Positions 1-12,913 of a stretch of 64,000 nucleotides of DNA are shown here, one piece after another (the stretch's first letter is position 1; each line of letters begins with the position of its first letter). Position numbers and translations under genes: made by a program. Source of the stretch: Lingula anatina (taxonomy: Eukaryota; Animalia; Brachiopoda); contig CM120642.1 of assembly GCA_051362555.1 (NCBI GenBank), positions 6,758,001 through 6,822,000 of the forward strand, in the 5' to 3' direction. The notes under the pieces are model-generated. The model worked only from the letters and a program-made list of their open reading frames with translations. It was not told where the DNA came from and ran no database searches.

Positions 1-1572
1 GTGTCGTCTGTTTAGGATAATTATTATCCACAATTTCCAATCTTAAACCTCTAACAGTCTGTAACACCCAAGCATCAGATGTCAGCAATTCCCATTGGGA
101 AATAAACTTTGATATTCTACCAGCAATGTTATGTTGAGGACTTACCTCAAAAATTTTCTTCAACTTTTCCACATCTAATGATGCAGAGTTGCAAGGCAGT
201 TTTTTAAATCTTGCTGCCTGTGATAGGTCCTAATATGACCTCTACTGGTGCCACTTCTTGCACCTCTAATGCTCTTAGGAGGAAAACTTCTTCCCCTAGC
301 TCGCATGTTGGTTCTTCTTCCTCTTTCTCTGGGAGTCCCAGAATATGATGGACCAGTGTTTTTAAACACTTGGTGACTCATTTTGTTGACATCAGACATG
401 TCACGGATTCTTTTTACTATTTCATCCCCAAAAAGCCTATTTGTATATGGGATGGAACTCGCACACAAATGTGAATATTGCTTATCAATGTGAGGTCTTA
501 AAGCCTCTTTCCTTCTTGTGCAAAGTTCAAAGTTTGTGCAACCAAATGCTCGAAGTGCATTCGTAGCATCATTGATTATTTCTTCAAAATCTTCTTCTTC
601 CAAATTTTTAGTATCTGAATCCCATTTACTAATGAGTTGTTCATTGCAACTGCCATTGAGGAAATGCCCTTTATCAAGCAATTTGCACTCTCTGAAGATT
701 TAAATCTTGTGTTTTAGCATCATGACTAATGCTAGGCCATATTTCCTCGTTAATTATAATTGGTTGCAAACCTTCACAGTTGGAAGGAGCTAAAATTTTC
801 TCAAAAAGAGCTTTGGTCTCTTCTTCCATTGGTTTAGACCTCATGAAAGCTGTAATGTTGTCAGCTAAGGTTGTGTTAATTTCAGGCCCTTTGGGCTCAG
901 ATTTTTTAGCTGTTTCAGTCATTTTCTTCAAAACTTTCATTTTCTTTTCCGGAAGAAGTTCTTCCTCTATGTGTCTTTTACTTGTACTGGGATTTTCATT
1001 ATGGGCAGTGTCTGCCATTTCGAACACTTGGTCTGAATCCCGAGCCTCACTAAGAACTGACGTGTCGTCATAAACTGGCTCTTCATAATACTCTTGAGGA
1101 TATTCATACCTTATTTCGTTTTTAAAATCCTCCATTTGCTTTTGAAGATTATCTTGCATATTCTTCATTGTGCCAGCTATAATGTCAAGTGCTGCACTAA
1201 TTTTATGATCCACAGTCGTGGCATTATCGGCACTAGTGGACGCGCCATTTTCATTTTCCACATGAACGCTACTCTGCGTCAGAGTTTGAATCTCTGTTAG
1301 AAATTGTGGTGAGTCACCACTTTCTTTTGACTTCCCGTCGGAAGATTTCTTGTGGCCGTGCGTACTTTTCTTAACTTTGGGTCTACTTTCGACCTTTTCA
1401 GCCATAATATTATAATATTTTTGAAATTTTTGTGCCACTATTTTGCCACACGTGCCGTGCTCGCTCGAAAAAAAACCGGAATTGAAGATGTGCGCAAGTG
1501 TGCATATGCTCTCGCATAAAACGGGAATCTCGTATGACCTCATTTGTATAGAAACGAAATAGAACCTTAAAT
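1..1572 (-). mobile_element. 5' part of a DIRS-type (tyrosine recombinase) retrotransposon, running off the left edge of the window
   Basis: The gag-like ORF resembles the gag at 31543-32640 (shared HLC...LFGD and RG-rich tail). It is followed by a pol N-terminus, AGRISKFISQWELLTSDAW, paralleling AGRLADFIDQWKLITSD in the second DIRS. The 5' boundary is approximate. Confidence 0.85.
175..1405 (-). pseudogene. DIRS gag-like ORF1, frameshifted near 675-681
   Basis: ORFs 674..1543 (likely ATG at 1405, MAEKVES) and 175..681 join into one gag-like protein across a frameshift. Confidence 0.8.
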
Positions 1573-1655
1573 TATGTTACAATTACAACTTATAAAGTTC
1601 TTATTAACTGTTTAAATTGCTAAATGATTCATAAAGTCTTACCTCATTGCGCGTG

Positions 1656-3470
1656 TGTCACGGGTCTATCCTTGGATTCTCAAATATCATTGGACGACCG
1701 CATGAAGTGATGACGTCATCACACAATTACGCAAAAACACCGGCACATCTAAAGCAATGCTGAAGTGAAATTGAGAAAGTTACCATCTCGATCGGCTTTT
1801 TCCGTAATTGTTATCCCAAGCGAAATAAATATTTTTCATAAGGCTCTTCGGGGCACGCACTTTAATTTTCCAAAAAAGACCATTCTTATAATAAGCTTTC
1901 TTTATATATATATAATATATATATAACATATTATGTTATATGTTGAATTTTTATTATTTTAAAACACTTAGATGAAAAATTGCCTTTGATGCATATGTTG
2001 TTACACGTGACTAAAGTGCGGCAAACAACGTTCAAAATGGACGTATTTGTTGTAAAAAAATATCCCTAAACATTATCAAGAAATACGTAATAGATTAGAA
2101 CAATTTTGAACGCGCTTACAGGTTAACCTTAAAGCTCAAATATTAAATTGGCAAAACAGTGCTACAATACTTCAAATAAAAGAAAGAAAGTGTTAGAAAA
2201 TAAACACAATATTGGCTAAGAAAACGATGAGCAGAAATTAAACATTGTTTGTTCAAGGGAATCAGTTTTTTTAATTAATTTAATAAATAATTGTAGGCCT
2301 ACAGTATGGTTTTTAGGTTCTACAATGCTACAAGCTTAATTTTCTAATCTACTGTAAATCTTAAGATCAATAGTTCCCTCTTATTCGATTATAAAAATAT
2401 TCCTGTGTTTCTCTTGTGTAAGACTTTAATTTGAACTTTGAAAGCTTATATATTGTAACATACATTTGTGTGCAAGGTGTTTACATTTCTTATGAAATGA
2501 GTTTTACTTACATGATTTACTCCCTCCACATAATTACCATGCAAATTCAATTGAAATTTGTCTGAAAATTGCTTTCAGAGCTTTTCCGAAATCAATGATC
2601 TAAAGCCTTCCACATTTTGTTTGTCATAGCATTAGTTATATGTATTTTTTGCACATTTCTGGATAAAATTAAAATTAAGAATGCGCTGTGAGAATGAAGT
2701 ACAAAGGAATATGAGCAGTGCCCTTCCATCTGTAGGGCCTACAGTATTTATGTTCCATATTTGCAACAGACACCTTTGATTTATAAGCATTTTCAAGTAA
2801 CCCAAGCAAAATGTGAATCCTAGAATTAAAACCTTTCTCTGTCTATATAAAAAAATCTTGTGTAAAAGCTAGGATAACTGATTCCTAGTCTGTAGGCCTA
2901 TATTATTCATCACGATGCTCACATTGTGGGTTGATATCACTCCCATATAAAATCCAATTGCAATCCGTGTAATATAAGAATAAAGCACAGGTGTTTTTAT
3001 GCCATCATTTGTTGATTCCTTTTGTATAATCAAAATTAAAACTGCGTAATATTATACAGAAAAAATTGTGCGTTTCTGACCTCAACATGTCAGTGTAAAC
3101 AAAGTGTACTGAACGCACCGCAAGCAAGCACGTGAATGCCGCGTTTGATACTTTGTATCAGACGCTTCATTTTCTTTGACAACACAGTGTTTAGTATGTT
3201 ACATTAATGTTTAATTCATTACATAAATAAATAACAACGGCAATAAACTTTTTTATATGCACGTTTAAAAATACTTTCATTTTTTATATTTAAGAAATAA
3301 TAAAAAAAATTATATACTAAATAATTGATACAATTGTACACTGACATTACGTACGTGTACCTTCAGCATTGCTTTAGATGTGCCGGTGTTTTAGTGTAAT
3401 TGTGTCATGACGTCATCACTTCATGCGGTCGTCCAATGATATTTGAGAATCCAAGGATAGACCCGTGACA
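1656..3470. mobile_element. Non-autonomous DNA transposon, Ginger-like (TGT...ACA ends, 4-bp TSD)
   Basis: TIRs of about 110 bp at 1656-1765 and 3361-3470. Termini are TGTCACGGG...CCCGTGACA, flanked by CGTG at 1652-1655 and 3471-3474. No internal ORF. Confidence 0.8.
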
Positions 3471-4199
3471 CGTGTTCTCTAGTCAAAAAAGTAAAACGCT
3501 ATCTCCGCCGATGTTGCATAACAGCTAAGACGGGCCAAACCTTAACAACTAGACTTCACCTAAGCGTCTGGCCCCGTATGCACAAAAAATCCTTATCTTA
3601 AGTGAAAAATTCTCCTTAACTTCATAAGAAAATTCTTAGCTGAGGAAACCCCTTACGTAGTATGCACAAAGTACCTTAAGAATTCCCTAAGCCAAGAATT
3701 TTCTCAAATAATAGGAATTTACTCAACTCTTTAGGATTTCTCTTATGTGTTGAGCTATGTTTAGCCTGTGCATTGACCAATAGAATTACCTGTTACAATA
3801 GCTCACACTGGGGAATCCATGTTTGAAGGAATCCTTTACTTGGATAAGATAGGCCTATCAGTTATTATTAGAAGAGTTGAGATATCAATCGTGTAGGCCA
3901 AGAAGTTGTTACTTCTTGTGTAGGCCTAGTATTCTTCATACTCTGACAGAAAAAGAGGCATGTCATCCAATCCCCAGACCCAACACTAATAACAATAATC
4001 CAGTGACATAATTACATTTTAATCAAAAGGTTTTATCTCTCTTGGCTGATACATGTGCACCCATCTCCCCTATCGGCGACAATTCTGTAAAAAGGCCCCA
4101 TAAAAAATATTAGTTTACCATCATTGTCACCTACAAGAAGTGATTCAGTAGGGCGTATTTTTTGCTCATACAAAAACACATTGAACTTAACCAACGATG

Positions 4200-4906
4200 C
4201 CCTCCGGACCGTCATTAGCCTAACATGGAACGTGCCATGAGCAAAGCTAGTAGTAACATAAAATTGCAGTGAGAGGCACTCCTAGTACAGAGGGAGTCTG
4301 TTTTTGTGCATGAGGTGCACATTTGATGGGGAAAATTTACATTATAATTTTTTATATGAGCAGAAAAAGTAATGCGGCCGGGGATGATAAAATAACATTT
4401 TTTCATGGGCCCTAAAAAAGAAATAAGCCCAGTATGTACTTATTTCATGACTATGGCCATTTACATGTCATCGACTTACATATTTTAAGTGTTATCTGTG
4501 ATGAAAAATTGTGACATGTAATTCATAATATTAATATTAATTTTAATCATTAATTTCACTATTGACCCCACGTATGCACATATTAAATACCTATATTAAT
4601 TGTATAAGCATTGATACATGAGATTCCATGTTATCAGGTGGTTTTCGGGGATTTCATAAGCAACATGTCATAAAAAGTGCCCACTCAAAAATTTTTACTT
4701 TAGATATCCCTTAACAGAACGACAAATTACAAATGTAACTGCCAGAAGATCCGTAATGAAAAGTATCCCCGCTCTATCAAAACGAAATCGCTGGTAAATC
4801 TCATGATCTGGGTAAAAATCCAAAGGATTTTCGCGGTCCCGAAATATTCTTGGTCTTGTGACTGCCCTTTCCAGTTCATCCACTCCTTCACGATAAACAG
4901 CAATAA
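4200..4906 (-). pseudogene. Harbinger (HARBI1-like) transposase N-terminal remnant
   Basis: RPRIFRDRENPLDFYPDHEIYQRFRFDRAGILFITDLL at about 4740-4906. A degenerate LSLQFYVTTSF (compare ALRFYATGSF) lies near 4240-4280. The start codon is displaced to 12007 by the nested insertion. Confidence 0.75.
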
Positions 4907-5690
4907 CCCAGCAGGCATAGTTGCATTGGATCAACGTTGAAAACAGGTTGATACATTGAATTGCCGTTGATCTACCTAAATTCAACGTAAAATCAACGTT
5001 GATCCAGCCACGTCAAAACACCGTCATAATGTGACGTTGACTCAACGTTGTATTTTGGTCATTGACACAACCTTGCAGACATGGATTATATTTTAAAATA
5101 TTAATTGTTGAAAACGTGATACTTTGTTTATCAATACTGTAACTAACTTTATCAAAATAATCAAAAAAGTGTTAAAAGTAAAAGTGACAGTTGTTTTGCG
5201 TCTTTAGTGAACTAGTGAATTTTCTTAACTTGTTATTCAGAATTCCTTGCAAGGTCAGCTAACACTAGGATGAATAAAATAAGTTGCTGAGGAAGGTCAA
5301 GGTCGAGGTAACACCTGACATGCAAAAGAAAAGAGTCTCTCACATTGGTGTCTAATATTGTGAGAAATGTAGATGCCTGAGATTTAAGGTCTTGCAGACA
5401 TGTTCATGAATGTGTAGTGGTAGGCATCACTGGTATAGATCATGAAAGGCAAGTGACATTTTCTAAGAACTTTAAATCTGGAGGCTTGGACTTACGCAAG
5501 TATATGCATGAAAATAGGTGGTTGAGCAGTTCTCTAGTGTAGCTATATAAAAGAGTGCTACTCAGCAATAGTCATTGTCAAAGACATAATTGGCCCCCTG
5601 AAGCTGTAACAGTCATATAGGTAATGGGCCTTTCTATACACTGTGCACTATTGTGACATCTCACTAGCTCCTACTGATTACAAAGCTATC

Positions 5691-6611
5691 ATGGCCCAGA
5701 AACCTACCAAGGCTGATGACAGGACCATGTCCAGGTTTCTCACAAGCAACAATACAAAGAGCAAAACACAAACAATAACTTCAGCACCTAAAAGACCTCA
5801 TTCGGAGGTGGCAAACTCCAGTGCAGAAGAATTACAAATGCTCATGCATGAGCTGTCTGAAATAAAAAATGAGATTAAAGAAACTATTAGAAAAGAGGAT
5901 TTGGAAATTACAGTAACAAGGGTGGTTGAAAGACTTCTTAATAACATGGTATCAGAAATGGATGCAAAATTTATGCAGAAATTCGACTGTCTAAAAATGG
6001 AATCTGAGACCCATGCTGCAAAACTGCAAGATCAGGTGGATAGTCTTCAGATGGAAAATGAGCAGTTGAAAGAAGTCATGAGAAAGAAAGACCAAGAAAT
6101 GAAAAAAATGAATGAACTGCTAAAACAAAATGATTACTACAGTAAAGAAACCATGCGCTCTTGCAATCATAATGAACAGTACTCAAGGAAAACTAATATA
6201 AGGGCCTTGAACATAATAGAAAAAAAGGAGGAAAACCTGAGAGAAATCTTTATTGATATGCTGCAAAAAGAAGCCAAACTGAATATTGAGCCTACTGATA
6301 TCCAGGCAATACATCGCATACCCGGTAAACAAGGATCCCCAAGACCAGTGATCATAAAACTTAGAAACACAGATATCAAGAGAACAATCATGCGGAAAAA
6401 GAGAGAACTGAAATCTGGTGCACGTCTGTATGATGACATAACATTAAAAAACTTAACTCTCTTGAACAAACTAAAACAACATGAGCACGTTGAAAGTGCA
6501 TGGTTCTTTAACTGCAATGTATACTGCCAGTTAAAAAATGGAAACAGAATAAAGGTAGACATATGTGATAATTTGGAGGAGAAACTGAAACAAAAGAAAA
6601 GGTCCAATTAG
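5691..6611 (+). CDS. LINE ORF1p (coiled coil + L1-type RRM/CTD)
   Basis: Open ORF from ATG 5691. A coiled-coil region is followed by EQYSRKTNIR...IQAIHRIPG...PRPVIIKL...LYDDIT, typical of Transposase_22-like ORF1. Confidence 0.88.
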   Translation: MAQKPTKADDRTMSRFLTSNNTKSKTQTITSAPKRPHSEVANSSAEELQMLMHELSEIKNEIKETIRKEDLEITVTRVVERLLNNMVSEMDAKFMQKFDCLKMESETHAAKLQDQVDSLQMENEQLKEVMRKKDQEMKKMNELLKQNDYYSKETMRSCNHNEQYSRKTNIRALNIIEKKEENLREIFIDMLQKEAKLNIEPTDIQAIHRIPGKQGSPRPVIIKLRNTDIKRTIMRKKRELKSGARLYDDITLKNLTLLNKLKQHEHVESAWFFNCNVYCQLKNGNRIKVDICDNLEEKLKQKKRSN

Positions 6612-7490
6612 GAGAAAAAATGACTAATGTTTTGTTTTCTAACATGTAAAGCCTAGAGTGCCTAGATATAATGCAATGTAATTGCTTGGTTATCTTTATC
6701 ACTTTATGTTTATAAACTTTCTTCTTCCATATTTTCTAGGTACACATGTAGATCCCAATTGTTACTACTTCTCATGCTTTACGATTAATAGAGAAATAAT
6801 CATAAGGTTCTTCTTATCTTCCAATAAACCTTGTTTTTGGGAAGGAGAATAACCCACATAATGCTTTCACTGGTATGTACAGAATATCCTTTACATAGAC
6901 CAATAAAGATAAGGTGAGTGCTGATCCCTAACATTCAAATATTAATGTTGTAAAAATATTTTTTGAATTGGTGCTCATCCTTAACATTATGCAAAATATT
7001 ATCAATGTTACAATTTGATATTCTGTGGGATCATTAGGTACCTCAATTTTCAGAACATGCTGCAAGTACTGATACTTGAAATGTGTGGGATGATTGTATT
7101 TATGTTATCTTACTTTGTTTTTTGTTTTACGAACAAAATTTTTGTCTATGTGAGTGTGTGTCATGTGTATGAATGTGTGATGTATGCAAACCTCATAGGT
7201 GAGAGCATCCTGATCAAGCAATGTTTAGGGTCAAATGACATGTGGGTTAATGTATGTATGGGGTTGTATGTTTGTGAAGTGATGCATAATTGGAGCACTA
7301 CACCAGATATGAATGAATATATTATCATGATATCTGCATGTATAACTGTGATGTGGACTTGCTTACTCTACAAAATATTTTACACCGATATAATGAGCCA
7401 TATATTCCATAGATATACACAATCTATGGATGTCATCTGCGTACTGGATTACTTGAAAGTATTATAATTCACAAAAATGTTATTTAATCT

Positions 7491-10400
7491 ATGAGTTTGC
7501 ATATCGTTAGTTTGAATTGTAGGGGTCTTGGAGGTACTCAAAAGAGAAGAGACGTCCTGAACTATTTGAAACAACAGAAATACTCAATATATTGTATCCA
7601 AGATACCCACTTTACAGAGAGGGACAAATCAAAAGTACATTCCTTGTGGGGATATAAAACCCTTCTGAGCCCTGGCAAATCAAATTCAAGAGGTACGGCA
7701 ATCCTTTTCAACAATAACTTTGAATTTAAAATAATGAGAACGTTGTTCGGAAAAGATGGAAATTATTTGATTATCGAAATTGAAGTTGAAAATAATTACT
7801 CTGTTTTACTTATTAATTTATATGGACCAAACAAAGATGACCCGGAATTTTTTGTTCACCTCGGAAATATCATAGAAGATTTTGAGGGTCACTTTGTGAT
7901 AATGATGGGGGACTTTAACCTAGTTCAATAACCTAGTTCAAGATAGTGATTTAGATTATTATAATTACAGACGTGTTAATAATCCCCAAGCAAGAGATGC
8001 TCTCTTACGGCTGAAAACTAAATTCAATTTGATAGACCCATGGAGAGCTCAACATGAACAGAGGAAACAATTCACTTGGTCCTCTAATAACCCTGTAAAA
8101 AGAGCTAGGCTTGACTTTTTCCTTATTTCTAACGAACTCATGAATCTTGTTGATCAAACTGAGATAACTTATGGATACCGAGCAGACCACGCAATGATAC
8201 ACCTGAAACTTAATCTCTCTGAGCAGAAAAAAGGGAAAGGTTTCTGGAAAATGAATAACAGCCTTCTAAAAGATTTTGAGTATATAAGAGGAGTAAAGAA
8301 AATAATAGAGGATCTAAAATATCAATATTGTGCCAGTCCATATAACAAAGCAGAGTTATGTAAAATTAGTGACAATGATCTGGACTTTCTTGTGGATGAG
8401 CAAGCATTTTTTGAACAGATATTATTACAGGTTAGAGGCTATACCATTGCCTATAGTTCAGCAAAGAAAAAGGAGAAAAATATAAGAATGAAGACCCTGG
8501 CTGAAAAAATTAAGAAATTATATTCCATGTATACAGATAACCCCACATCGAATTTAGAAAACCAGCTCCAGACTCTGAAACTAGAGGAAGAAGAAATGAG
8601 ACATGAACATATTAGAGGGGTCTATATAAGAACCAAAGTAAAATGGTCAGAGGAAGGGGAAAAACCAACTAAATATTTTTTATCCCTGGAAAAAAGAAAT
8701 TTTGTAAATAAAACTGTAAAGAAAATTATAAGGGAGACAGGCCGTATTATTACCGATCAAGCAGAAATTTTGAAAGAAATAAGAGATTTCTATAACCATC
8801 TTTACTCGAAACAAGATAACTACTCTGAAATTTTTGATTGGAATAATATAATCGATAAAGACAAAATAAACATATTAGATGACAATACGGCTAGGCAATT
8901 AGAGGGAACAATTACTTATCAGGAAGCTCTAATAGCCTTAAAAAGTATGAAGAACAACAAATCACCTGGCCCCGACGGTTTTTCTGTCGAATTTTTTAAA
9001 TTTTTCTGGAATGATATAGGAACGTTTCTTGTGAGATCATATAATAAGGGGTTTGCTAAAGGTCACTTGTCCATTACCCAGAAACAAGGGGTTATTTCAA
9101 TTTTACCCAAAGGGGATAAACCACGGGAATTTTTAGAAAATTGGAGGCCGATATCTCTCTTAAACATCTCATATAAAATCCTCTCTGCTTGTATTTCAAA
9201 TAGATTAAAAAAAGTTTTACATTTGCTTATACATGAAAATCAAACGGGATTTTTGAAAGGACGGTTCATTGGTGAGAATACTAGAATTGTTTATGATGTT
9301 TTGCAAATTACAAAAGATAAAAAAATCCCAGGAATGATACTCTCAGTAGATTTCCTTAAAGCATTTGATAGCATATCTTGGGATTTTATGAAAAAAACTC
9401 TCTCGTTTTTTAATTTTGGTGATGACTTTAAAAAATGGATAAATGTTCTATATAATGATCCTGAATTATGTGTAATACAAAATGGTATTTTCTCTAATTT
9501 CTTTAAAATTGGCAGAGGCTGCAGACAGGGAGACCCTGTATCACCCTACATTTTTAATTTATGTGTTGAGATCCTAGCTATTCTTATAAGACAAAACAAT
9601 AACATAACAGGAATAAACTTGGGGAGGGTGGAAGTAAAACTATCTCAGTACGCAGATGACACAGTGCTTTTTTTAGATGGCTCGGAGAAAAGTTTAAAGA
9701 GTGCACTCGACTTACTGTTTCAGTTTTCCAAGTACTCGGGGCTTAAGCCCAATATTAGTAAGACTAAAGCCATATGGATTGGTTCAAAGGCCAACAGTAG
9801 AGAAATTATCTGTAAAGATAACAATCTTAAATGGACTAACAACCCTTTTAATATATTAGGTATAGTTTTCACAGCTGATTTAGAACAAATGAATGAGTTG
9901 AATTATACCAGCAAGCTTCAGCAAATAGAATTAGAAATGTATCGGTGGGGGAAAAAGAAATATTACTAGGGCCTACTTTAGGTAAGATTACTGTAGTGAA
10001 GTCTTTAATTATTTCAAAAATAACACACCTACTGCTCTCTCTTCCGAGCCCTACCAAAGAGTGGCTGCAAAATTTACAAAATATGCTTTTCAAATTTATT
10101 TGGCACGGTAAAACAGAAAAAGTTGCCCGTAAAACACTTATTCAGGACTATAAACAGGGAGGTTGCCGTATGATACATTTAGAATCCTTTGTGAGGGCGC
10201 TAAAAATTTCCTGGATTCGCAGATTGATAACCTCTGATAAAATAACAAATAAACTTTTTGCTGAAGCCACTGGATCGGATGTTCAGAGATTGACTCAGTT
10301 TGGACCAACTTATGCAAAGGAAATATCTAAAATTCGCAATTCTTTTTGGAGAGAAATCTTAATATACTTTTCAGAATATTCAGAAAAAATGGCAAGTAAT

Positions 10401-11234
10401 AGTCTCGATGTCATTCTCAGAACTCCAATCTGGTATAATCCTGCTGTATTATCAGATGGCAGAAGAATTTTTTATAAGAATTTGTATGACAAAGGTTTCC
10501 ATATTATCCAAGATTTATTTAACAGCGAAGGGAAATTCCTATCATTTGACTATTTTGTAGAAGAGTTTGAAATTCAGATTCCTTTTACTCTGTATTATGG
10601 ATTAAGGCAAGCAACCTTTGGTGCCTACCCTGTGCTTAGACTTCTGAATGCTAACGTTATGTTGCCATTACCGCAGATCTCTAACCCAGTTAAAACATTA
10701 TGTAACGATAAAAAAGGATGTAGAAGCATATATGACATTTGCATAAAAAGTCTCAGTCAGAGACCAAAATGTGAAGAAAAATGGGAACAAGAGTTAGGTA
10801 TCAAAATAGACTGGCAACTAACGTATACCAATGCCCTGGTTAAAGTTAAAGAAATAAGATTGAAATGGTTTAATTTCAGAATAATCCACAGAATTTTGGG
10901 TACCAAAGAGTTGCTGTTTAAATACCATATGATCGAGAATCCTCTTTGTAGTTTGTCCAACAAACAGGCTGAAACGATAAAGCATCTATTTATGGACTGT
11001 GAATTAGTGAAGCTTTTCTGGACAGAGGTTGAACTATGGTTAAGTCAAATTACAGGAAATGTCTTCAAAATACTGCCATCTGATCTCATTTTTGGAAGTA
11101 GCGATAAAGTTAAAAACCTTGTAATTCTTCATTCTAAATTTTTTATTTTCAAAAGTACAAAATTAAATTCTAGATTGCTACTTAAACCGGAACTTAAATC
11201 TACTTTAATGAGTATAGCAAATCAAAACATATAG
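7491..11234 (+). pseudogene. LINE ORF2 (AP endonuclease, reverse transcriptase, C-terminal Cys/His motif), at least two frameshifts
   Basis: Motifs SLNCRGL, IQDTH, GDFN, RLDFF, KSPGPDG, GCRQGDPVSP, QYADD and ETIKHLFMDC. Broken by a 13-bp tandem duplication (7916-7941) and a frameshift near 9950-9970. Confidence 0.92.
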
Positions 11235-11685
11235 TTATTGTTTCAGTTTGTCTTTTTTACTTTTTATTACTTATTAGTTTACTTCTAATTATACATGTAT
11301 ATAAATCTGTATATATTTGTTTGTATATAAATAGGGTGTGCGTGCTAGTGTGTGTGAGGTTGGGTATGTGTGAGTGTGTGCAGGAGCCTTTATTTAAATA
11401 AAAATTAAAAAATTGTGATAAAAATAGATAAGTCACTCTGGTACACTTCAAATGTTATCAATTCCTTATCAACCTGAATGTTTAACGTACCATAAAAAAT
11501 TTAATTAATATAACATAGTATATTTTCTCTTAAGTGTGAGAGTGGGAGTGACTGTAGTTTTCTTTTTTGTACTACATATATGCTGTATTTGTGAAGTATT
11601 GTGTCAATAAAAAAAAAAAAAAAAAAAGTTGCTGTAAATGCGATGGAGTGAATTAATAATGTTAACAGTTCTTGGTAACCTGTTA

Positions 11686-11688
11686 TAC

Positions 11689-11743
<55 letters not shown>
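11686..11743. repeat. (TA)n microsatellite
   Basis: Direct reading. Confidence 0.95.
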
Positions 11744-11747
<4 letters not shown>

Positions 11748-12913
11748 TCTAAGCCTTGGAAATTTTAACTTAAAGGCCATATACTTTTATACCCTACCCT
11801 CAGGTCATTTCAATGTCTTTTCATGCAAGAGTGTTGTCTAATAACTGGGGTTGATACAATGTTGTTATCTGACGTTGATACAACGTTGTTATCTGAGGTT
11901 GAGTCAACTTTCAAATCCAATGTTTATCCAACGTCTTATCGACATTATGGTTCAACGTTGTTTTAATGTTAAAACAACATATTTTGCCCGCTGGGAATAA
12001 GAGCCATAGAGAAATAATGTTGCTGCACAGCTTTGACTATCACAAATGAATGCCACTGTGTTGTACAGTCACTGAATCTAAGGACAAAATTTCCACTTAA
12101 GAGACCCAATGAGGTACCTTAAAGTTAAGGAGATATTTGGGGAAATTCTCATCTTAAGATGCTTTATGCATACCACTTATGTTAAGGATGATCACTTAAG
12201 GAAATTCTTACAGAAATTCTTTAAAAAATACACTTAAGATGTTTTGTGCATACGGGGCCTGAGCCTTGGCTGCACTTTCAGAAGTGATGACGAACTAAAG
12301 CTTCAGAGTTCTTTTAAATGCTTCCGATAATAAAGATATGCGAAAGGGACTCGTTATTTTCTTATATATAAAATCAAAATAGCCAGTAGACTCGTACACA
12401 GTTTTCAAGAGTGTGGACAGGTTCGTAAGCCTACGTCTTCACAATATTACATGTATATATGCAAGCTGTGGCGATATCACCTCTTTACCGGCAGTGTCAA
12501 TTCTTTACGATTTTTAAGTCTTGTTTGAAGGATGTCTTAAGAGATTTTTGAAGTGATAAAATGAAAAGATTCCCTGCATTGTTTGACTCGTACCTACAGG
12601 GTTACCACTTAATATGGAATGTTATTTTTTGGCGAGTAAATTTTCTACAAAATATTTATTTTCTCTCTAACTACTTTACATCCAAATCTGAGGTGTCACT
12701 CCCTGAGTAGCCAGGTGTGTTACCTAATTACCACACAACTCTTGAAACAATTGATGCATGCAGTTGCATGTTCTGTGGTCAGAAATGTGAGGGGTGGTCT
12801 TTTCGGCAATTTCTGCCCTTGTATAAAAACGCATGGGTTTGGTCAATCTTTGATGTGTTTAGAGAAGCAACAATGGGATCGCACTGAAACTTGACAGGTA
12901 CCTTATTGAAGAT

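Larger units (their letters stand above)
5290..11625 (+). mobile_element. Apparently full-length L1/Tx1-clade non-LTR retrotransposon
   Basis: ORF1 plus ORF2 (APE-RT-zinc finger), AATAAA and a poly(A) tail at about 11606-11627. TSD AAGTTGCTG at 5281-5289 and 11626-11634. Confidence 0.92.
4907..11995. mobile_element. CCCAG...CTGGG MITE (EnSpm/CMC-like), split by the LINE
   Basis: Termini CCCAGCAGGCA / TGCCCGCTGGG, with repeated subterminal CAACGTTG motifs at both ends (4930-5050 and 11850-11960). Flanked by AATAA on both sides (TSD is AA or AATAA). Confidence 0.75.
3571..12258 (-). mobile_element. PIF/Harbinger DNA transposon (defective, carrying nested insertions)
   Basis: TIR GCCCCGTATGCACAAAA / TTTTGTGCATACGGGGC, with a 3-bp TSD CTG at 3568-3570 and 12259-12261. 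Contains a HARBI1-like transposase remnant. Confidence 0.88.

Noticed and set aside
729-1300. Plus-strand ORFs opposite the DIRS gag (and similar antisense ORFs over the LINE, DIRS and EDEM3)
   Set aside because: Shadow ORFs of real coding sequence on the other strand.
7015-7467. 150-aa ORF in the LINE spacer
   Set aside because: Non-ATG start and low-complexity TG-rich translation (Cys/Val/Met-rich), with no recognisable motif.
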